This document shows, piece after piece, positions 31,381 through 43,036 of a DNA stretch of 64,000 nucleotides. The number at the start of each line of letters is the position of its first letter. Position 1 is the stretch's first letter. Both the position numbers and the translations under genes were made by a program. This DNA comes from an uncultured Chloroflexia bacterium (GTDB lineage: Bacteria; Chloroflexota; Limnocylindria; Limnocylindrales; CSP1-4): positions 192,001 to 256,000 of the forward strand of contig CAVYIM010000005.1 of assembly GCA_963768655.1 (NCBI GenBank). The letters run 5' to 3'. The notes under the pieces were generated by a model, which had not been told where the DNA came from, made no database searches, and saw only the letters and a program-made list of their open reading frames with translations.

Positions 31381-31860
31381 GTGGCAATCGAGACGCCGCT
31401 TCCTCCAAGCATCACCGACGACGCCCGTCCGGCAGGGGCGTCGCTCACGGTCCTGTACGACGGCGGCTGCGGAGTCTGCAGCGAGACGGTCCGCCATCTG
31501 CGCCGCTGGGACCGTGACGGCCGGATGGAGTTCCTCCCCCTGGCGGCGGCCGCGAGCTCGGGCCGCCCGATCCTGGAGCGACTCGCCACCGAGGGGCACC
31601 TCGCGGACGCGATCCACGTCGTCAACGAGTCGACGGGCCAGGTCGTGACCGGCGGTCATGCGGCGCTGGCCCTCCTCGACGCGCTCCCGGGCGGCTGGCT
31701 GCTCCGACCCTGGGCCGCGCTGCCGCCGACGGCCCTGGCCGCCGACGCGGTTTATCGGGTCGCCAGCCGGCACCGCGATTGCCTGGCGTGGCTGATGGGC
31801 ATGCGCAACGAGGTCAGCTGCCCGGTCGCGCCGCTCGAGTCGGTAGAACCGGACCGCTGA
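31381..31860 (+). CDS. DCC1-like thiol-disulfide oxidoreductase (DUF393)
   Basis: VLYDGGCGVC and Y.VA..R motifs. Confidence 0.88.
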   Translation: MAIETPLPPSITDDARPAGASLTVLYDGGCGVCSETVRHLRRWDRDGRMEFLPLAAAASSGRPILERLATEGHLADAIHVVNESTGQVVTGGHAALALLDALPGGWLLRPWAALPPTALAADAVYRVASRHRDCLAWLMGMRNEVSCPVAPLESVEPDR

Positions 31861-32219
31861 CGCTCTCGCGGCCGCCCGCCGACCGCCGGCATGGCGTGGG
31901 CGAGGGCAATCGCCACCGTGACGCCCTCCTGTCCCCGGGCGCTGTGCCGACTTCTCCTTCGAGACGCCCAATCCGTCGGCAGCCGGGCGCCCCGCTGAAA
32001 TCGACCTCCCCGGCCAGCGAGGCCCCAGAGGCTGCGCGCGGTCCAGGCCGGAGGGTGGCAGGCCCGCCCTCCGGCCCTTCTGTGCTCGGAGCTCGCGTCA
32101 CGCTCGGTCGACCGGCCGCCCCCGCCGCGATGGGTAGGATCGGTCGGGCCGTTGGTACTCCCTCTGCGTGACGGCCACCCGGTCCGACGCCATGGCCGGC
32201 TCTATAGCATTCGCGGATC

Positions 32220-32855
32220 ATGACTAGCGTCCCCGGCCATGTCACGCCCCTCAGGCTCGTGCAGCGCGCCTCGCTGGACCTCGGCGCCTGCCCGCCGGCG
32301 GCCCTGGTCGAGCCCAACTGGCTCGGGGCACCGGTCGCCTCGGCCGCGGCCGACACCCGCCGCTATCTGACGGATCTCAGCCTTCCGGTTCGGGGCCACA
32401 GCCCGCAGCTCACCTTCAAGAAGGCCGCCTACGTGGACATAGGCGCGGTTCGAGCCAACGAGGATGGCTGCGAGCTGGCCATCAGCTGGCAGTCGTCGTC
32501 GCTCGCGCCGCTGTTCCCCGTCTTCGCCGGCCGCCTCAAGCTGACATCGACCGAGATCACGCTGGAGGGGTTCTATGCCCCGCCCGGCGGTGAGCTGGGG
32601 GCCGCGCTCGACCGCGCCTTCCTGAACATCGCCGCGCGCGGCACCGCTCGCTGGTTCCTCGACAGGGCCGTCGCCGCGCTCTCGACCGCCCCGGCGCCCG
32701 CGGCGGAGGCTCAGGCGGCAGGGCCGGAGACGCGGACCGCGGGCCACGCGGCCGGCCCGACATCGGGCTACGCAGCCGGCTCGACCGCGGGCTCGACCGG
32801 CGACCCCAATGTCCCTGGTCGCCACTCGGCCCTGCGCGGTCGCGCGGTCCCCTGA
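32220..32855 (+). CDS. Hypothetical protein
   Basis: Protein-like core (LFPVFAG.L, LEG.YAPPGG.LGAALDRA). Confidence 0.7.
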   Translation: MTSVPGHVTPLRLVQRASLDLGACPPAALVEPNWLGAPVASAAADTRRYLTDLSLPVRGHSPQLTFKKAAYVDIGAVRANEDGCELAISWQSSSLAPLFPVFAGRLKLTSTEITLEGFYAPPGGELGAALDRAFLNIAARGTARWFLDRAVAALSTAPAPAAEAQAAGPETRTAGHAAGPTSGYAAGSTAGSTGDPNVPGRHSALRGRAVP

Positions 32856-33109
32856 GAGCGCGGTCCCACGACACCATCGCGGGCGAACCTGCGCGCGGCC
32901 GGTGGTCGGCTGCCAGCCGGGCCGTCCCCCGAGCCCGCGACCTTCGGGCCGCCATGGCGGATACCGGCGGGCGCCGACGCATGAGCAGCGGAAGATGCAC
33001 AATTCTTGCGGGAATGGAATGGCCCCGATATGGATTCGCAACATGCCGGGGAGTATCGTGGCGGATGCGTCGGCGTCCCGGCGCGAACCCCCGAAGGAAG
33101 GAGGGTCCT

Positions 33110-33346
33110 GTGCCTGAACCGTCCGCCATCGAGGGGGTGTTGCGAGCTCTGGTCGAGGCGATGGAGGCCAAAGAGGCCGCCGAGCCAGACCTCCCTGAGT
33201 GGGAGGCAAACGCCCGACTTCGAGCCGCGGAGGCTAACCTTCTCCGGCTCTATCGAGAGTCGGGCCACGATCACCCTCACCGCGTGGCAATCGAGATCGA
33301 AGTCGCCCACTCCTGCGTGGGCCCCACCGCGGTAGAGGTCGCCTGA
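33110..33346 (+). CDS. Small hypothetical protein
   Basis: Strong AAGGAGG RBS before GTG. Confidence 0.55.
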   Translation: MPEPSAIEGVLRALVEAMEAKEAAEPDLPEWEANARLRAAEANLLRLYRESGHDHPHRVAIEIEVAHSCVGPTAVEVA

Positions 33347-33557
33347 CGCCCGGCGGCCGCCACGCGCAGGCCGCCGTCAAGCCCTTGGGATGGTCCCGGT
33401 TTCCGTGTGCCCGTCACCGCGTGCACTCGCCGCCGGAGCCCGATCGGCCCATCCGCTGACCCCGACGCCACCCACGGCGAGGGGAGTCGCCGAACCCCAC
33501 GGCTGCAGTTGGCAAGCTCCGCGGCCGATACCTTGCATGGTTGGGCAAGCCGTGCCA

Positions 33558-34859
33558 ATGGAGCCTGCCGTGCTTACTGGGGCAACGGAGAAACCCGACG
33601 TCAGCGCCGCCCACGGTGATCGTCGCCTGCGGGCCGTCTATCGCCGGGAACTCCAGGAAAGCGTGCTGTTCTCGGCCCTGGCCGTCACGGCTGGGATCGC
33701 GGTCACCACTGTGATCGCGTGCCTCGTCGCGCCGAGCGCCGCGCCTGCCGAGATACTCCTGGCCACTCCACTGGTGCTGGCGGGTCTTGGTGTCGCTCGC
33801 ACCGTCTCCTGCCGGTTCCGCCGCTACGCCGTTCAGCTCGGCATGCTGGTCGGCCTGCTGCCCTTCCTCTCGACCGCCACGGCAACGATCCTGGTGCCCG
33901 GATCCGAGCCACTGTCCCTGGGGGCGCTCGGTGTCATGCCCCTGACCTTCGCGGTCTACGTCCCGCTCGAGCGCAGGCCGCACCTCGTCTGGCTGATCCT
34001 GGCCGACGCGATCTTCTTTGGGGTGATCGGCATCTTCTCGAACGTCCTGGTGTTGTCGGGTGAGGTGCTGGCCCTCGCGTTCACGGCCGCTCTGGCATTC
34101 GGGCTCAGCCTCGGCGCCAACGAGATCCAGCTGCGGCGGCGCCAGCAGATGAACCGCCAACTCCTGGCGGTGCGCGGCCTCTACGGCCGGATGAAGGAGC
34201 ACGAGCTCGACCTGCGCCGCCAGGACGAGTTCCTCTTCATGCAGCAGGAAACCCTGGTCGTCCAACAGGCCGAGCTGCTGCGCCTCAACGAGGAGCTCGA
34301 GACGATCGCCCGCCTCGACGCCCTGACCGGCCTTGGCAATCGCCTTCGCCTCAACGAGGACCTGGCCCAGACGGCCGCCCGGATAGAGCGCAGCGGCGGG
34401 ACGGTGGGGCTGCTGCTGATGGACCTGGACCGCTTCAAGCGCCTCAACGACACGATGGGTCACCTGGCCGGCGACGCCGCGCTCCGGGGAGTGGCTGACG
34501 TTCTTCGCAAGACGAGCCGCCTGGGCGACGGGCTTTATCGCTATGGCGGCGAGGAGTTCCTGGTCGTGCTGCACGACTGCGACGGGAACGCGCTCCGGGC
34601 GGCCGGGCAGCGCTACATCAGCGCCATCGCGGCCGCGGGCATGCCACATCCCGACAATCCGCCGTGGAACCTGGTCACTGCCAGCGCCGGCGCCCGCGAG
34701 CTCTCGCAGGAGAACTGCACCGACATCGACTCCGCGCTCCACGATGCCGACGAGGCGCTGTACGTGGCCAAGGCCTCGGGTCGCAACCGACTGGAAATCC
34801 ACTCGGGCCCGCCCGCGGGGACGATCGTCCCGATCGACCGGCAACGAGCCGCCAGCTGA
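33558..34859 (+). CDS. Membrane-bound diguanylate cyclase (GGDEF)
   Basis: About six TM helices, coiled coil, DALTGLGNR, DLDRFK..ND..GH, RYGGEEF. Confidence 0.93.
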   Translation: MEPAVLTGATEKPDVSAAHGDRRLRAVYRRELQESVLFSALAVTAGIAVTTVIACLVAPSAAPAEILLATPLVLAGLGVARTVSCRFRRYAVQLGMLVGLLPFLSTATATILVPGSEPLSLGALGVMPLTFAVYVPLERRPHLVWLILADAIFFGVIGIFSNVLVLSGEVLALAFTAALAFGLSLGANEIQLRRRQQMNRQLLAVRGLYGRMKEHELDLRRQDEFLFMQQETLVVQQAELLRLNEELETIARLDALTGLGNRLRLNEDLAQTAARIERSGGTVGLLLMDLDRFKRLNDTMGHLAGDAALRGVADVLRKTSRLGDGLYRYGGEEFLVVLHDCDGNALRAAGQRYISAIAAAGMPHPDNPPWNLVTASAGARELSQENCTDIDSALHDADEALYVAKASGRNRLEIHSGPPAGTIVPIDRQRAAS

Positions 34860-34941
34860 CCCCGCGGACACTGCCGGGGGCGGCGATAGCCTGATTGGGG
34901 CCCCGGGCCATGAGGCTGGCCCGGCCCGACCGGCCGGCGCC

Positions 34942-35352
34942 CTAGATCGGCAGCAGCGCCGCCACGATCGCAACGACGACGCCGATGGCCAGCGAGGCCA
35001 CCCCGATGCGGATCGACCTGGCCCGGTCGCGGGCCCTGGCCTCGGGATCCGCCACGCTGGACACGGTCCCGACCGGCCCGAAGTTGTAGACGCCTCGGGA
35101 CCCGAAGCCGGCGCAGAAGTGGAACCACGCCTGCAGGTAGCCCGAGGCCGACGCGCCCGCCGGAAGCACGAGGATCAACCTCGTCCAGGGCGGCGCTCCG
35201 GTCACGACCAGGGCCGCCAGGCCGGCGACCGTCACGAGGAGCCCCAGGTGGCCGGCCATCCGCCGGCGGGCTATCTCAGCCGGACCGATATTGCATACGC
35301 CCGGGCTGTAATCGACGACATTGAGCGGGCCCAGGCCCGCGGTGCTGGACAT
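34942..35352 (-). CDS. Membrane hypothetical protein
   Basis: Y.PGVCNIGPAE..RRR and LQA..HFCAGFG motifs; three TM helices. Confidence 0.8.
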   Translation of the reverse strand: MSSTAGLGPLNVVDYSPGVCNIGPAEIARRRMAGHLGLLVTVAGLAALVVTGAPPWTRLILVLPAGASASGYLQAWFHFCAGFGSRGVYNFGPVGTVSSVADPEARARDRARSIRIGVASLAIGVVVAIVAALLPI

Positions 35353-35651
35353 CGTTGAGACCTCAACTACTTGGATCGGATGGTACAGCCGAAGCACGCT
35401 CGTGGCTCCTGGCCGCCCATCTGGGCCGGCATCCGCGACAATTCGCCGCCACCTTGCCTCGGCCGGCTGGTCGGTGCGCTGCGGTGCGGGGTAGACTGCT
35501 GCTCTCCGCTCACCGCCGGACCTCGCAGGGGTCCTTTCGGGTTATCTTGACCCGTACAATCGGGGAGCGATACTTGGCACCGGTGGGGCCGACTATTCCA
35601 CTAGGCGGGCTACCGGCGCTCCGAGTCGGTGCCCCTCCAGGAGGATCCAGC

Positions 35652-35888
35652 GTGCTCTTCAACCGCAAGCGCTCCAAGGACTCCGAGGAGCGGCGGCTCG
35701 ATCAAGCGGGGCTGGTCGAGTTGCTCCTCGGCGCGGACGAGGTCGAACGCAAGCGGCTCCTGCTCCTCGCGCTCCAGACCGGCGAGCTCCGCAAGTCCGA
35801 AGCCGCCGACCTGCTGCGCCTGGTCGATCGACTGGAATCCGTGTCTTCCGGCTCCGCCATCCGGCGTGCGTCGTCCGGCAACCACTAG
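35652..35888 (+). CDS. Small hypothetical protein
   Basis: AGGAGG RBS before GTG; helical composition. Confidence 0.6.
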   Translation: MLFNRKRSKDSEERRLDQAGLVELLLGADEVERKRLLLLALQTGELRKSEAADLLRLVDRLESVSSGSAIRRASSGNH

Positions 35889-35936
35889 CGGCTCGCACGT
35901 GGACATCGGGGGGCCGGCATTCGCTACCATCCTCGA

Positions 35937-37163
35937 ATGACCACAGAGGATCTACTTGGGGCGCTGCGGGTCGCGGCTGAGCGCGAGCTGCGCGGGGATA
36001 TCCTGCCGTACTGGGCGACCAGGGCGATCGATCGCCAGCAGGGTGGCTTCTTCGGGGCTGTCTCGACCGACGGCCGCCCGGACGCGAGCGCCGCCAAGGG
36101 CGGCGTCCTCAACGCCCGCATCCTGTGGACCTTTTCTGCCGCGCTGCGGCGCTGGCCGGAGCCGCTCTATCGCGAGATGGCGGATCGGGCGTTCGACTAC
36201 CTCCTGGAGCACTTCTGGGATGCGGAGCATTCGGGCCTGTACTGGGAGGTGGACCACCTCGGCCGGATGCTCCAGGGCCGCAAGCAGACCTACGGCCAGG
36301 CCTTCGGCATCTACGCGCTGGCCGAGTACTTCCGGGCGACGGGCGTGCGCGACGCGCTCGATCGAGCCATGCGACTGTTCGAGGACATCGAGGCTCACGC
36401 GCTCGACCCCGCCAACGGCGGCTACTGGGAGGCGCGCGGGCGCGACTGGCAGCCGATCGACGACATCCGGCTCTCCGACCTGGACCTGAACGCGCCCTTC
36501 TCGATGAATACGCATCTCCATCTGCTGGAGGCCTACACGACGCTCGCTCTTGTAAGCGAGGATCCGCGGCCGCGAGCGCGCCTGCGGGCGCTGTTCGAGC
36601 TGGTGCTGGACCACATCCTCGATGAGAAGAGCGGGCACCTGATCCTCTTCTTCGACGAGCGCTGGCGGTCACTGTCGGACGTGATCTCGTACGGCCACGA
36701 CATCGAAGCGAGCTGGCTGATGTGTGAGGCGGCCGGCGTATTGGGCGACCCAGCCCTCGAGGCCCGCGCCCAGGCGGCCGCCGTCAAGCTCGCGGACGCC
36801 GTGCTGGCCGACGGCTACGATGACGAGCTTGGCGGCGTGTACTACGAGCGGACCCCCGAAGGCCACCTCAGGTCGGACAAGGACTGGTGGCCGCAGGCCG
36901 AAGCAGTGGTGGGCTTCCTGAACGCGTACCGGATCGCCGGTCGAGTGGAGTTCCTCCAGGCCGCCGCCAGGACGTGGGACTTCATCGATGCGTTCGTCAT
37001 CGATCGCCGCAACGGCGAGTGGTACACCCGCGTCAGCCGCGAAGGGGTTCCCGTGCCCGACCTGGCCAAGGTCGACTTCTGGAAGTGCCCCTACCACGAC
37101 GCCCGCGCAATGCTCGAGATCATGGAGCGCGCGAACCAGATGGAGCCGGCCGGCACACGCTGA
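35937..37163 (+). CDS. AGE-family epimerase (cellobiose 2-epimerase-like)
   Basis: NARILWTFS, YGQAF.IY, MNTHLHLLEA, SYGHDIE.SWL, WWPQAE, WKCPYH motifs. Confidence 0.92.
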   Translation: MTTEDLLGALRVAAERELRGDILPYWATRAIDRQQGGFFGAVSTDGRPDASAAKGGVLNARILWTFSAALRRWPEPLYREMADRAFDYLLEHFWDAEHSGLYWEVDHLGRMLQGRKQTYGQAFGIYALAEYFRATGVRDALDRAMRLFEDIEAHALDPANGGYWEARGRDWQPIDDIRLSDLDLNAPFSMNTHLHLLEAYTTLALVSEDPRPRARLRALFELVLDHILDEKSGHLILFFDERWRSLSDVISYGHDIEASWLMCEAAGVLGDPALEARAQAAAVKLADAVLADGYDDELGGVYYERTPEGHLRSDKDWWPQAEAVVGFLNAYRIAGRVEFLQAAARTWDFIDAFVIDRRNGEWYTRVSREGVPVPDLAKVDFWKCPYHDARAMLEIMERANQMEPAGTR

Positions 37164-37415
37164 GCGCCGCCCGCCAATCCGCCGTCCGAGCCATCCTCCG
37201 AGCGGCCGCCTGAGCCGCGGTAGTACGAGCCGACGTCGAAGTTGGACGATTCGTCCCTTGACCCGATGCAGTGCGCGTAGGACCCTCGGGCCGGCGTCGG
37301 GGCCATAATCTATTGACGCGCTTCGCCGAAGGCCTGGTGGAGCCTGGCTGCAGGTCCGGCCTTCCATTGCCGAAGCCTGGAAGGGGACGGCAAGTCCTCC
37401 TCAAAGGGAGACCTC

Positions 37416-39923
37416 ATGGTGGCTCGTCGATCGGGCTCGCAGCAAGGCCCGAAGGAGCGATCGACCGCGGGCACCGGAAGCCGCCGGCCCGGCGCCGGCG
37501 GCGACGGGGCGCGGTTGCGAGGGGGCGTCGCGGGCGCGGGGCGCACCATTCGCGAGGCCGGGCGGGCGTCTTCCGAAGTCGACCCTCGCGGCGCCGCGAA
37601 GGATGTCTTTCCCTCGGAGGAGATGTTCCAGCTCGTCCTGGATACGATCCCCCAGCGCGTCTTCTGGAAAGACACGAATTCGGTATATGTGGGCTGCAAC
37701 GTGCCACTCGCGCACGACGCCGGCTTCGACGATCCGAGTCAGCTGATCGGCCTGACCGACTACGACATGTCCTGGCGGCCGACCGCGGACCGCTACCGGG
37801 CCGACGATCACGAAGTCATGACCACCGGCATCGCCATGATCAACTACGAGGAGCCGCAGGTCCGCGCGGACGGCAGCGAGGGCTGGTTGCGGACGAGCAA
37901 GCTGCCTCTACGGGCGGCCGACGGGCGGGTCATCGGCGTGCTGTGCACGTACGAGGACATCACCGAGCAGAGACGCGCCCATGAGGCCCTCCGCGAGAGT
38001 GAACAGTTCCTCGACAACATCGTCGAGAACATCCCGCACATGGTGTTCGTGAAGGATGCTCGCGACCTGCGCTTCGTCCGCCTGAACCGTGCCGGCGAGC
38101 TGCTGAACGGTTACTCGAGGGAGGATCTCATCGGCGAGGATGGCACGGTCCTGTCGCCGCCCGACGAGGTGGCGTTCATGGGGTCGGTCGACCGGCAGGT
38201 GATCGAGACGGGCGAGGTCGTCGACATTCCCGAGGAGATTCTCACGACGCCGCACCGGGGCCCCCGGATTCTGCACACGACGAAGATCCCCATCTTCGAT
38301 GAGCAGGGGAAGCCGCGCTTCTTGCTCGGGATCTCGGAGGACATCACCGATCGCAAGCTGGCCGAGGAGGCTCTCCGCAAGAGCGAGGAGCGCTACCGCC
38401 ACATCATCGAGACGATCACCGACTATGTCTTCAGCGTCTTCGTGGCGGACGGCCGGGCGGCCTCGACGACCCACGGCCCCGGCTGCGTCGCCGTGACGGG
38501 CTACACGCCCGAGGAGTTCGCCGCCGATCCAGGTTTGTGGCTCGACATGGTCGTTCCCGAAGACCGCGAGCTGGTGGTGGACCAGTCGCGCCGCGTCCTC
38601 ACCGGAGAGCATGTCGGGCCGCTCGAGCACCGCATAGTGCGCAAGGACGGAGCCATGCGCTGGGTCCGCAACACCCTCGTCCCGCGCTTCGATCCCTCCG
38701 GCGCCCTCGTCGCCTACGACGGGCTGATCCAGGACATCACCGAGCTGCGGGCGCTCCAGGAGCAGCTACTTCAGGCCCAGAAGATGGAGGGCATTGGCAG
38801 GCTCGCCGGAGGCATCGCGCACGACTTCAACAATCTGCTGACCGCGATCCTCGGCTACCTGGAGATGGCTCGCCTCGACCTTCCGGCGGACCTGCCGCCG
38901 GATGATGCCATTCGAGCAGACCTGGACGAGATCGGCACCGCCGGCGAGCGCGCCGCGAGACTCACCCGTCAGCTGCTCGCCTTCGCCAGCAAGCAGATCG
39001 TGGCGCCCGTCCGCCTCGACCTGAGCGCGCTTATCTCCGACCTGCTCAAGATGCTTCGCCCGCTGCTGAGCGAGAACATCACGGTGGAGACGGTCCTCGA
39101 GCCGGGACTTGGGACCATCGAGGCCGATCCCAGCCAGATCCAGCAGTTGCTCGTCAACCTCACCGTCAACGCCGCCGACGCGATGCCGGACGGCGGCCGG
39201 CTCATCATCGAAACTGCGATGGAGGACGTGACGGAGGACTACGCCGCCACGCACCCGGGGGCCAGCCCCGGCAGCCACGTCCGACTATCGGTCACCGACA
39301 CCGGCAGCGGCATGAACGAGTACGTGCTCTCGCATCTGTTCGAGCCGTTCTTCACGACCAAGGAGCAGGGCAAGGGTACGGGGCTCGGGCTGGCGGTGTG
39401 TTACGGCATCGTCCGGGCGATGGGCGGCCACATCCGCGTCTTCTCGGAGCCGGGAAACGGGACCACGTTCCGCATCTTCCTGCCACGCGTCGACGGGCCC
39501 GTCACCGACCGGCCGGCGATCGCACCCGTCTCCCCCACTCCAACCGGAACCGAGACGATCCTCGTCGTCGAGGACGAGGACGTCGTCCGGCACCTGGCGG
39601 TCATCGGCCTGCGGGCCCAGGGCTACACGGTGATCGAGGCGTGCGACGGTGTCGAGGCGCTCGAGATCGTCGCCCGCATCGCGCCCGAGCTGGACCTTGT
39701 GGTGAGCGACGTCGTCATGCCCGGGATGAGCGGTCCGGAGCTCGTGAAGCGCCTGGCCGCCGTTGCCCCCGGCACGAGGCGACTGCTCGTGTCGGGGCAC
39801 GCCGAATCGACAGTCCTGCCCGCCTGGCTCACCGACGTCGGTGCGGCGTTCCTCCCCAAGCCGTTCACTCCGGAGCGCCTGGCCCGCAAGGTTCGCGAAG
39901 TCCTGGACTCCCCGGCCGGCTGA
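37416..39923 (+). CDS. Multi-PAS hybrid sensor histidine kinase / response regulator
   Basis: Three PAS/PAC units, GIAHDFNNLL, PFFTTK..GKGTGLGL, receiver domain VEDE..SDVVMP..KPF. Confidence 0.95.
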   Translation: MVARRSGSQQGPKERSTAGTGSRRPGAGGDGARLRGGVAGAGRTIREAGRASSEVDPRGAAKDVFPSEEMFQLVLDTIPQRVFWKDTNSVYVGCNVPLAHDAGFDDPSQLIGLTDYDMSWRPTADRYRADDHEVMTTGIAMINYEEPQVRADGSEGWLRTSKLPLRAADGRVIGVLCTYEDITEQRRAHEALRESEQFLDNIVENIPHMVFVKDARDLRFVRLNRAGELLNGYSREDLIGEDGTVLSPPDEVAFMGSVDRQVIETGEVVDIPEEILTTPHRGPRILHTTKIPIFDEQGKPRFLLGISEDITDRKLAEEALRKSEERYRHIIETITDYVFSVFVADGRAASTTHGPGCVAVTGYTPEEFAADPGLWLDMVVPEDRELVVDQSRRVLTGEHVGPLEHRIVRKDGAMRWVRNTLVPRFDPSGALVAYDGLIQDITELRALQEQLLQAQKMEGIGRLAGGIAHDFNNLLTAILGYLEMARLDLPADLPPDDAIRADLDEIGTAGERAARLTRQLLAFASKQIVAPVRLDLSALISDLLKMLRPLLSENITVETVLEPGLGTIEADPSQIQQLLVNLTVNAADAMPDGGRLIIETAMEDVTEDYAATHPGASPGSHVRLSVTDTGSGMNEYVLSHLFEPFFTTKEQGKGTGLGLAVCYGIVRAMGGHIRVFSEPGNGTTFRIFLPRVDGPVTDRPAIAPVSPTPTGTETILVVEDEDVVRHLAVIGLRAQGYTVIEACDGVEALEIVARIAPELDLVVSDVVMPGMSGPELVKRLAAVAPGTRRLLVSGHAESTVLPAWLTDVGAAFLPKPFTPERLARKVREVLDSPAG

Positions 39924-40009
39924 CCCGGCCGGCCGACCCGGTCGCCTGACCCGGTCGGCGGAGCGAGGCGCGGATCGTTGGACCGCGTCGCGTTGCCTCT
40001 TCGGGCGGG

Positions 40010-41191
40010 TCAGGGTGCCGCCGATGGGGTCTTCGACGGTGTGGACGTCGCCAGGTGCCGGCTTGGACTGACGTAGAGGAGCGGGTTGCGAGCGCAGCTG
40101 ATGTTCCCGCCCGTCCACGGGTAGCAGACCCACACCTCGAAGTGCAGGTGCGAACCCTGCGCCGCACCCGTTTCGCCCATGCTGCCGACACGCTGACCGG
40201 CAGTGACGTGCTGGCCGATCTTTACCGTTACGGCCGAGAGATGGTTGTAGGTGGTGTACAGCGTGCCGCCGCCGTGCGAGATCCAGACCACGATGCCGCC
40301 GGCCGCGCCGTCCGTCCCGGCCTTTCTCCAGCCCGCGTAGATGACCGTGCCCGAAGCGGCGGCAAGTATCGGGACCCCGGTCGGCCCGCCGATGTCGAGG
40401 CCGTCGTGGAAGTGGCGGCATGTGCCCCACCGCGGTTCGGCGGGCCATCCGGTGCAGCCGAAGGGCTGGGTGATCCGGTAGTGGTCGTACGCCGGCCAGA
40501 GCAGCTTGCCGAGCCAGTTCGGCGGGGGCGGTGCGGGGGGCTGCTTGACCGGCAGCGGCGGAGTATCGGCGCCGGGGACGAGGAGTAGCTCGCCGGCAAC
40601 GAGCGTCGTATCGGACAGGTTGTTGGCATCGATCAACTCTTGCGTGTCGATGCCGTACTTGGCAGCGATCGATTTGACCGTCGCGCCCGCCTGGACGGCG
40701 ATCGACAGGCCATCCATGGGCGGGATCTTCATGACCTGCCCGATCTTCACCAGCTGTGGGTCGGGAACGCTGATGCTGTTGGCCCAGTAGAGCGTATCGA
40801 CCGACAGTCCGAAGGCGTTGGCGATCCGGCCGAGCGTGTCCCCGGCCCGGACCGTGTATGCCAGGAACGCCGACCCGGGGATCGGCGTCCCGACCCGCGG
40901 CTGAGCCGTGGCCGGCGCCGTGGAGCTGGCCTGGGGGCTGGGGGACGGGCTATCCGACGGAGCGTCCGAGGGGCTCGGGCTGGCGGAGACGGCGGCGACC
41001 GCGGTCGCGACGTCAGTCGCGGTCGGGCTGCTCGTCGCGGTCCCGTGGAGGGCGCTCAGCGGCATGGCCATCACGACCGTGGCCACGAGCACCAGGCAGA
41101 CCGCAAGCGCGACCGCGCCCTTACGCCCGATCACGCCCGATCGTCTCAATCCGAGCGGCAGCCCCCTGTGGTCCGAGCGGCGCCAGGCCAT
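40010..41191 (-). CDS. LysM-LysM-M23 peptidase
   Basis: YTVRAGDTL..IA, second LysM, HDGLDI, YNHL, HLHFEV; start uncertain. Confidence 0.88.
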   Translation of the reverse strand: MAWRRSDHRGLPLGLRRSGVIGRKGAVALAVCLVLVATVVMAMPLSALHGTATSSPTATDVATAVAAVSASPSPSDAPSDSPSPSPQASSTAPATAQPRVGTPIPGSAFLAYTVRAGDTLGRIANAFGLSVDTLYWANSISVPDPQLVKIGQVMKIPPMDGLSIAVQAGATVKSIAAKYGIDTQELIDANNLSDTTLVAGELLLVPGADTPPLPVKQPPAPPPPNWLGKLLWPAYDHYRITQPFGCTGWPAEPRWGTCRHFHDGLDIGGPTGVPILAAASGTVIYAGWRKAGTDGAAGGIVVWISHGGGTLYTTYNHLSAVTVKIGQHVTAGQRVGSMGETGAAQGSHLHFEVWVCYPWTGGNISCARNPLLYVSPSRHLATSTPSKTPSAAP

Positions 41192-41519
41192 CGGAGGCGG
41201 CGCCTTGCCGACCGTTGCGGCGGCCCGGTCAACTGCGGGATCGGCGGCCCGGTCGACGGGGGGCGCGACAGCTGGGTCAACTGTGGTGGCGGCGATTGGC
41301 CCGGTTTCGCCCTTGTGTCGAGCCCTTCGCGTGTAGCGCAGCCCGGCCGGCGCGGTGTCCGTGGCGGGCTTTTCGCCGCGGATACGAGCGAGGAGACGGC
41401 GAGCGGCGTTTCCCTTGGCTGACGGCAATACCCACTCCGTAGCGGCTGCAACGTTCGGGGCGACCGGCCGGCCAGAAGCCGGCGGCCGCGTTATGTGACG
41501 GGCCGGGTCGCCACTTACC

Positions 41520-42882
41520 CTACCAGGGGTTGCCGATCGCTGCCAGATCGGCGCCCGGCGACCAGCCCGGGCCGGCCGGGGCTGGCTGCAGGCCGCTCGC
41601 CTCCAGCGCCAGGGCCGCGGCCAGCACGACGTCCCGGTCGCGACCGGCGATCTGGAGGCCACCCATGGCGATGGCCGGCCAACCCAGGAAGTTGAATGGC
41701 CGCGTCCAGCCGGTCATGGCCGCCCGCACGTCGGGTTCCCAGCAGTCATCCGGGGGCGGATCGATCGCCATCACCGGGCCGACGAGAATGTCACAGTCGG
41801 GCCTGGAGCGCGCTCGCTTCCGCAGCTCCCGGACGGCCAGCAGGCCCCTCTGCAGTCGCACCGCGCTGATCCCCTGCGCGTCATCCAGCTTGAGCCGCAG
41901 GTCCGGCCCGTAGCGCTCGCGCTCGCGCGGAAACCAGCTCATGTGCGTGATCGCGCATTCGGCGGCGAAGGCCGCCATGAGATCGGCGTCCAGCTCGGGG
42001 AGCTCGGCCTCGTCCACGAGGGCGCCCAACCCGACCAGGTCATCTTCGATGCCGGTGACCGCCAGCACTCCGACCCGCACGCCGGCAAGCCGGGGCGCCG
42101 GGGCAGGCCGTCCCGTCAGGACGGCATCCACGAGCGCCACATCGGCCACGGTCCGAGCCATGCCCCCGACCGTGTCGAACGATGGCGCGAGCGGGAAGAC
42201 GCCACGCGTCGGGACGGCGCCGTAGGCCGGCTTGAAGCCCACGACGCCGCAGCAGGCCGCCGGGACCCTGATGGACCCGCCGGTGTCGGTGCCCAGGCCG
42301 ATGGTCGCCTGGTGGTCGGCCAGGGCCGCCGCGGTCCCCCCGCTCGAACCGCCGGCCACGCGCCCGGGCCTGGCGGGGTTCGCGACCGTGCCCCAGTGCG
42401 GGTTCTGGCTGGTCACGCCGAAGGCGAACTCGTGCATGTTCGTCTTGCCGACGACGATCGCACCCGCGGCCTCGAGCCTGGCCACCGCCGTCGCCGTCCG
42501 CCGCGGAACGTGGTCGGCGAAGATCGAGGAACCGTAGGTGGTCCGTACGCCTGCCGCGTCGAAGATGTCCTTCACGGCGAGGGGCACTCCGGCAAGCGGT
42601 CCGGTCGGGCCTCTGGCGGGCCCGTTTCAGCGCCTCCTCGGGGCACGCGGTGATGTAGGCGTGGCCCTCGCGGTGCGCCTCGATGCGAGCCAGCGTTGCC
42701 TCGACGATCTCGGCGGCGGAGATATCGCCCCCGTTCACGGCGGCGGCGATTTCGGCCGCGGACAGGGTCAGGCGATCATCCAGGGCAAGCGGCGGTGGTG
42801 GGGCGAGCGGCGGGGGTGGAGCCAGAGGCCCGAGCGAGGCGGCTGGGGCACCGAGCGGAGCGGGCCTGGTTCGGTCGTTCAT
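41520..42882 (-). CDS. Amidase-signature family amidase, apparent +1 frameshift near 42609
   Basis: GPLAGVPLAVKD across the shift, GKTNMHEFA, GGSSGG, GTDTGGSIR.PA. Confidence 0.9.
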
Positions 42883-43036
42883 CGGCCTCAAGATCGCCGA
42901 GCGCTCGCCGGCGGTCAAGCCCAGATATGATCTGCCCAAAGTGGAGTCGGGCCGATTGGCCTCGACTCCCGCGGAGCGGCGGCCAACGACTGCTCCGTGC
43001 GGCACCAGGTCCAGCCATGGAAAGGAAAGCGGACCC